From positions 1,860,001 to 1,924,000 of the forward strand of contig CM035357.1 of assembly GCA_020137815.1 (NCBI GenBank): 64,000 nt of DNA, in the 5' to 3' direction. Shown here piece by piece: positions 58,167-64,000 of this stretch (within the stretch, counting starts at the first letter, position 1; each line of letters opens with the position of its first letter). A program made the position numbers and the translations under genes. The notes under the pieces were generated by a model. It searched no databases, was not told the origin of the DNA, and saw only the letters and a program-made list of their open reading frames with translations. This DNA is from Hormiphora californensis. Lineage: Eukaryota; Animalia; Ctenophora.

Positions 58167-59490
58167 ACATACAGGAGTGGAACCATCCGTTTTGTTCAGG
58201 GCAGATGCACCTGCACATCTCCCCATGAACATTCAAAATGACCAAATTCATACTGAACTTTGGTCTGTGAATCGATTCTCCCCCACTGGCACTATGATAC
58301 CTGTTTGTTGACTTGCAATGTAACAGCGCTCAGTCCAGCAGGATTCTCCCTCGCTAGGTACAGGCTGAACACACGATCCCAGGGTACACTATTCTTCATC
58401 TGGTGGGGGGGAGGAGTAGAATATTGTGCACATGTGGATCTTATCTTAAAGAGGGGCTTGGAAGCTTAGTGGTATAGCTACGAGCATGTCTTTCTGAAGG
58501 TCCCTGGTTCAATTTCCGGTCAAACCCAGTATTTTTAGATTTCCTCCTATTTAATTTTTGCTCAGATCTCATTATTCAGAGTTATTGTAAAGAGTCATGA
58601 CCTTTTCTAAGGTTGTCATCGCTAAAAGAAACTCTCTGAACCTTGCTGTGTGTGCAATTTGAAACACAGTAGCGTATGTACCTTTAGACAAAGGAATTGT
58701 CCTGGTCCAAGTGTTATGTTCTGCTGGAGAAGAAAGGACGGTCTATCTAGCGGGGGTATCTTGTACTGTAGTTCTTCCAAGGCATCTGCCTTAACTGGAC
58801 TCCCTATATTCCTCTCTGGCTCTGCGAGATAAACTCAAGATTTAAATTATACATTTTTTAAAGGTATTCTTCGGGTTAGCATAAAAAATTAATTATGTCC
58901 TATTATCATTTAAAATAGTAGAAATGGGTCTTATGAATCACTCCTGCACAGTTTTATCTTGAAGAATACCTTTAACAATTTAAATAAAGGAAAGGTAGAT
59001 AAGGGGTAGGATAAATCCACCTAGAAACCACCTGGAAACCGCCTAGAAACCACCGAGAAACCACATAGAAACCACACAGAAACCACCTAGAACTATTCCT
59101 TACCGCACAATCCAGAGGCTTCAAGATATACACTGGGCACCTTCCCTACAACATCTCTCCACCTTATCAGAGATTCAGGGTGTTCCATACAGGTGATAGT
59201 GGAGCTAAACAGGGACATCTGAGGGGGAAGGATCGGGTAATAGTGGAGCTAAACAGGGACATCTGAGGGGGGAGGATCGGGTTAAAAAACTAGAAGAGTC
59301 GATTAAGTTGTTATTACTAGTATAATGGATTCATTCAAAGTAAAATGCCATTGAATTGACAGTTAACCACACATACCTCAAGGTCAGTAAAGGCTCTAGG
59401 GACGATGAAAAGAGAGTATATCTCTCCCGTTCTGGGCGTACCAGCATCACCGAGCACTACGGAGAGTACCCTCACCAAATTCACTCACCC
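58167..59490 (-). CDS. Exons of an unidentified gene, possibly the N-terminus of the adhesion GPCR
   Basis: Phase-compatible GT-AG exons ~59480-59377, 59218-59104, 58821-58682, 58399-58301 (MSLFSSTITC...; EPERNIGSPV...; MKNSVPWDRV...). No domain recognised. Confidence 0.5.
58454..58527 (+). other. tRNA-like sequence (tRNA pseudogene or SINE head)
   Basis: A-box-like AGCTTAGTGG, B-box-like GGTTCAATTTCC, partial acceptor stem gggcttg/caaaccc and a downstream T-run. The anticodon arm does not fold well. Confidence 0.4.
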
Positions 59491-59543
59491 CCTGACCTAA
59501 ACAAGGAGGTGTTAAATTCAGAAATTCTTAGCAGTAACTATAA

Positions 59544-59625
59544 CAGGGGTGTAGGAACAGATTTCAAGGTGGGGGGACCAAACCACGTGACCGGTGTCCC
59601 CCCCCCCCCTGTTCCTACACCCCTG
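59544..59625. mobile_element. hAT-type MITE
   Basis: Perfect 17-bp TIR CAGGGGTGTAGGAACAG; 8-bp flanks aactataa/aacaataa. Confidence 0.8.
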
Positions 59626-59921
59626 AACAATAATATAGTTGGGTATAACATAACAAGCAACCCTAGAGAGGTCTTGATTGTGAAAACACTTTTGAAACAG
59701 AAGGGGAATAAAAGAGACAGACTGAGAGAAAGAGTGAGAGATAAGAAAGATAGGCTGAGAGGGGGTTCTTCATCGAGAGGGGGTTCTTCATTCGGACTTA
59801 ACTTGATTTGTTGTATTTTTATGTTTATTTTAAAAGGCCAGAGGGGGGGGGGGTGTCGAGCGATTTTCTACTAGAGCCAATCCTCTTTGCTCTTTAGAGA
59901 GAGATACTTACTTTTGATACT

Positions 59922-60044
<123 letters not shown>

Positions 60045-60663
60045 GAGAGATGTGCGATCCAAGTGCGATCCTATCAGAACTCTTTATTTAGGTCACGTGA
60101 CTAGTGATTTTAGGGGAAAAATCGAATAGAAAAATTAAGTTTACGATTTAACTTGATTTGTTGTGTTTTTATGTTTATTTAAGGCCAGAGGGGGGGGGGG
60201 TCGACCGATTTTCTACTAAAGACAATCCTATTTGCTCTTTATTGGTTAACGTTAATAAACTCTGCTCTTTAATTTGCCTAGCTAGACTGTGTTTCGCGCG
60301 CCCCGCCCGCGAAACCCTTCTTTACAAATGTAAAGGAGGGTTAGAACATAACAATCTTTAATCTGAACTCGATGTCTCCGACTTGAATATTCCGTGAATA
60401 CTGAATATTCCGATTTGCATATAATATACTGGTCCCTGATTGGCTGATTGCCAGTCACGTGACCTAAATAGCGAGTTCTGATTGGTTGTTTACTTGTTTC
60501 GGTCGGTTCCTGGCATATATACAACATTGCTCTGTGTGAAACATATGATGTTTACACAGAGTGATGTTTACACAGAGCAGTGTTTACACAGTGCAATGTA
60601 GATCTACTAGACCCAATCCTCTTTGCTCTTTATTGGTTAATAAAATCTGCCCTTCTAGACTCG

Positions 60664-61553
60664 ATGTCTAACATTGATTATTATTATGGAAAGGAGGCTC
60701 GGATATGGCATCTCTACATGGGTGACGTGGATGCCCGGTTATCCCACTACAAATCCACACTCCTCTCCATTTTGGAGGGTGCCAATGTAAGGACTGTGTA
60801 CGACGTGGCGTGTGCCTCTGGGATTGATAGTGTGATGCTGGTGGAGGAGGGGTATGACGTCACTAGTTCTGATGCCGAGGAGGCCATGGTGGCCAGGGCG
60901 GTCAGGGAGAAGGAGAGCAGGAGTGGTGATGCGAGGTTTGCAAAGTGGCAAGTTGGGTGGGCAGATTGGGTGGATTTAGTGGAAGGAGCTACAGTGGATC
61001 ATCCAGAAGGAGGGTATGATGCAATCATCTGTATTGGCAACTCGTTTACAGTTTTACCTGACTTTGAAGGAGAGGGGAAAACACACCGGAGGGCTCTTAC
61101 TAACTTTAGAGATCTTCTTAAACCGGGAGGCGTATTGATTATTGATCATCGCAACTTTGATTATTTAATCACCCACAAGACTTATCCCCCAGGAGCATAT
61201 TCCAGTATCTACTACAACTGCTCGCGGGTATACAATGTCAGGAACGAGCTCATTGATAAGGCCGGGGAACTGGTAGGGATGGTGTTCCAAGGGGATTTTG
61301 AGGTATCTGGCACTGAGTTGGAGGGAGATTCTGATGTGTTCCTACAGGAGAGAGATGGTAAGATGGTTCCCACTCTAAAGCTCAATGATATCCCGTGTTG
61401 TCTCCATACACTGAAGGGGTTTGGGGCCTTGTTGGAGAGTGTATTTGGGGAGGGAGCGGAACACCGGGTACTACCTGATTTTAAGAAGATGTAGGAGATG
61501 ATTATGAGCCCAATTATTGGGTTCATGTTGTTGTAAAACAAGCTCTACATTAA
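60664..61553 (+). CDS. GNMT: Glycine N-methyltransferase-like SAM-dependent methyltransferase, intronless
   Basis: ARIWHLYMGD..R...YK, DVACASGIDSVMLVEEGY, GGYDAIICIGNSF, KPGGVLIIDHRNFD match GNMT. A 1-nt shift at ~61488 restores the family C-terminus DYEPNYWVHVVVK, stop at 61551-61553. Confidence 0.85.
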
Positions 61554-61919
61554 TTAATTAATTAATTAATTCCTTATTAGAAATGAGATTATTATTTTGT
61601 CAGGACGGTACTTTTCAACGAAAGATTAATTTGAGCTGCACTCAATGATGTAGTGACACTACGAAACTGTCTGTTTATTTATGTTTGTTTGTGATTGCTG
61701 CGTCTGGAGGATGACCTGCCCGAAAGTAGTAGAGGCCTCACCGAACACGCTTATTAGGCGCCCCAGGCACGTCCTCCACTCCGCCGTAGCAATGCCACCC
61801 ACCAATCAGTTTATGCAGAGCATGTTACTTCAGACGCTCCAGGAAGACCGTTGTCAACCACTGGCGACACCGACAGGGGTATCACACTACTTCTGAGTCC
61901 TGGCCTAAATCAAATTCTA

Positions 61920-62180
61920 AGATTTATGTGAAGCTGGATCAGGCAATGTTTGAGAATGTCTTGAGTTTGGATCTGGAATCCCGATGTATACCCGGTATAC
62001 CGTGGACAATTACATTAAAAATTATAATAATAGATCTCAAATGCATCATCTTTTTTATTCTGTTTATGACGAAAAGTATTACCCTAACCGATTTTATTGT
62101 GAGAAATCGGATGCCATTTGGGTGACATCGGATAAGATGTGTAACGGGTTTAAAGACTGCGAAAACGGTCAAGACACACA
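61920..62180 (+). pseudogene. LDL-receptor class A repeat fragment
   Basis: RFYCEKSDAIWVTSDKMCNGFKDCENGQD; in-frame TGA upstream and no continuation. Confidence 0.45.
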
Positions 62181-62447
62181 CCTTCCGACAAATAATTTCA
62201 TAATGTTAACGGATAATGTTTTCGATGGTACAGCACAATTTCTTCAAAGTTATTATAGGTCACACCGATATCACACCCTATACTTCTCTGGGTATCAATA
62301 AAATTAAAACGTTAAACGAGTGTGAACAATACAAAGCTCACTAAAGTCACGATAATAAAAGTGATATTTTAGCAATTGAAGCGTCAACATACGACATCTT
62401 ACAGTTTGTGTGCTGAAGTTGCCACAGCCTATAGACTATAGAGTCCA

Positions 62448-62546
<99 letters not shown>

Positions 62547-62550
62547 CCTC

Positions 62551-64000
62551 TCACATTTTCACCACCGTATTCTGTATCACAAGATTCCTCACATTACTCT
62601 CCTCTCCCTCCGCTACTAGTATCATAATCCTCGGCAGAAAGATGGCCAGTAGAAACGCCATGCTAGCTAGAAACATGACGATAGCTCGGAGAAGAGCCTT
62701 CAACAGGGGATCAGCTAAGGTATACCCCGTTAAAAACATGACACAACACAGCAATACTATGAGTGTTGCAGTGAAAATGTTGAGCGTTTCCTTGAAATTG
62801 TGTGGAAACAGGCGCATTCTGAAGGCCATGATGAGGGAGAGGAGGAGAAGGGATATTGGCAGTAAGACAGGAATCATAGCAGTTACCATGGCAACTGTTT
62901 CCGTAGCAACGGTACATATGGGGTTGATTACATCATGGGGTGTCGCCTGGTAATCCAGACGGACCCAACCTGGCCCAAGGACGACCAAGTTGAGAAACAC
63001 TAAAAACAGGACGGTGATTTGGCTGAAAATGTTGATGCTGAGCTGTCCTTTCTTTTTAAGTAAAAAGGAACATTTCGGAGTATCAAAGTTTTCCGAGCTG
63101 GTAAAAATTCCGTAGATTTTCCAGCACTTCCACGCTAGGTTAGTAGTGGTCATGGTGGTGAAGAGGATAAACAGGGTGTACTCAAGAGAGCACAGGCTGG
63201 CTGATAGAAGGGGGACAATTGAAGCTACGAATCCAATCATCAGACTAACTAGAACAGTGTAGAGGTATCCCACATCGGATGCTTTGATTACTGGACGAGC
63301 CTCATTACGGTAAATCACAACTCCGAACGAGATCGCTATCACCTCACCCACCGCGGACAAGAATATGCCACTGTATAGGAAGACTTTGCGTTGGCTAATG
63401 TGCTCCACTTCCACGGTGATACAAGATGTACCGTTGTCGGTACTGGATTGGTTGTCATGACAACTGCTACACGCCGCTGCGTTAGTTGTCATGGAGAATG
63501 TGTTAAGGGAACACTCAACACACTTCCAACAACAGGGTAACTCCGCAACATCATCGCCGGTGAAAAGCCGGTATGATCCAGGGGTGCAGTCTGCGGAACA
63601 CGTTCGCCCATGGGTTAGTCCAGATAGAAGGTCCGGGTTGGTGATATCAAGGTGATCAGGGGTGACCTTGCCAGCGATACCAGATCTCCCATCTGGACGG
63701 GAGATGAAGATGTCGTATCCGAACTGGATCACTCTGTCCTCAATGTTACCGTGGAGGGTTATATTTCTACCAAGCTCAACAGTTATATTGTCTTCTGTTG
63801 AGATGATCTTGGAGTAGAGAATGTTACGGAGAGCCATTGGACATTCAGGTGTTTGTGTTTCAAGTACTTCGGTAAGTTGTTCAATCAAAACTTGGGCCGA
63901 TATTTTGAAGAAGGGTACCCAACTACTAACAGTACATGGTCCATCGTCACATATGGAATCTTGTGCCTCTATGTAGTACTGATCTAACACCTCTCCAGTC
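62551..64000 (-). CDS. Class C (metabotropic glutamate receptor-like) GPCR, 3' part
   Basis: Nine-cysteine domain CSADCTPG...CCWKCVEC..C..C...C; PVIKAS; K..KIYGIF; FPHNFKET..I; IFLPRIMIL. The ORF runs off the window. Confidence 0.92.
   Translation of the reverse strand, partial: TGEVLDQYYIEAQDSICDDGPCTVSSWVPFFKISAQVLIEQLTEVLETQTPECPMALRNILYSKIISTEDNITVELGRNITLHGNIEDRVIQFGYDIFISRPDGRSGIAGKVTPDHLDITNPDLLSGLTHGRTCSADCTPGSYRLFTGDDVAELPCCWKCVECSLNTFSMTTNAAACSSCHDNQSSTDNGTSCITVEVEHISQRKVFLYSGIFLSAVGEVIAISFGVVIYRNEARPVIKASDVGYLYTVLVSLMIGFVASIVPLLSASLCSLEYTLFILFTTMTTTNLAWKCWKIYGIFTSSENFDTPKCSFLLKKKGQLSINIFSQITVLFLVFLNLVVLGPGWVRLDYQATPHDVINPICTVATETVAMVTAMIPVLLPISLLLLSLIMAFRMRLFPHNFKETLNIFTATLIVLLCCVMFLTGYTLADPLLKALLRAIVMFLASMAFLLAIFLPRIMILVAEGEESNVRNLVIQNTVVKM

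Noticed and set aside
61480-61500. Programmed frameshift or pseudogenisation in GNMT (similarly Gemin6 ~2852 and aGPCR ~49779)
   Set aside because: Single indels in otherwise conserved genes across an error-prone assembly are best read as sequencing errors.

Overview
Intron-rich animal genomic DNA, probably a ctenophore such as Pleurobrachia (inferred from the repeat families and gene content; not verified). The assembly contains indel errors and several near raw-read-quality stretches. Genes reconstructed by hand from splice sites: a kringle-Ig-Ig membrane protein (-), Gemin6 (+), HAPSTR1/C16orf72 (+), a PCTAIRE-type CDK (+), an atypical soluble guanylyl cyclase (+), an HRM/GAIN adhesion GPCR (-), a class A GPCR broken by two MITEs (-), a GNMT-like methyltransferase (+) and a class C GPCR (-). 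The cyclase H-NOX domain lacks the heme ligands and the protein ends in a CaaX box. Mobile DNA includes a LINE with intact ORF2, several MITE families and Helitron-like ends. The most striking unexplained pattern is that many introns begin or end with tandem 'echoes' of their own exon/intron junction. The exon-derived parts of these echoes differ from the real exon almost only at synonymous codon positions.
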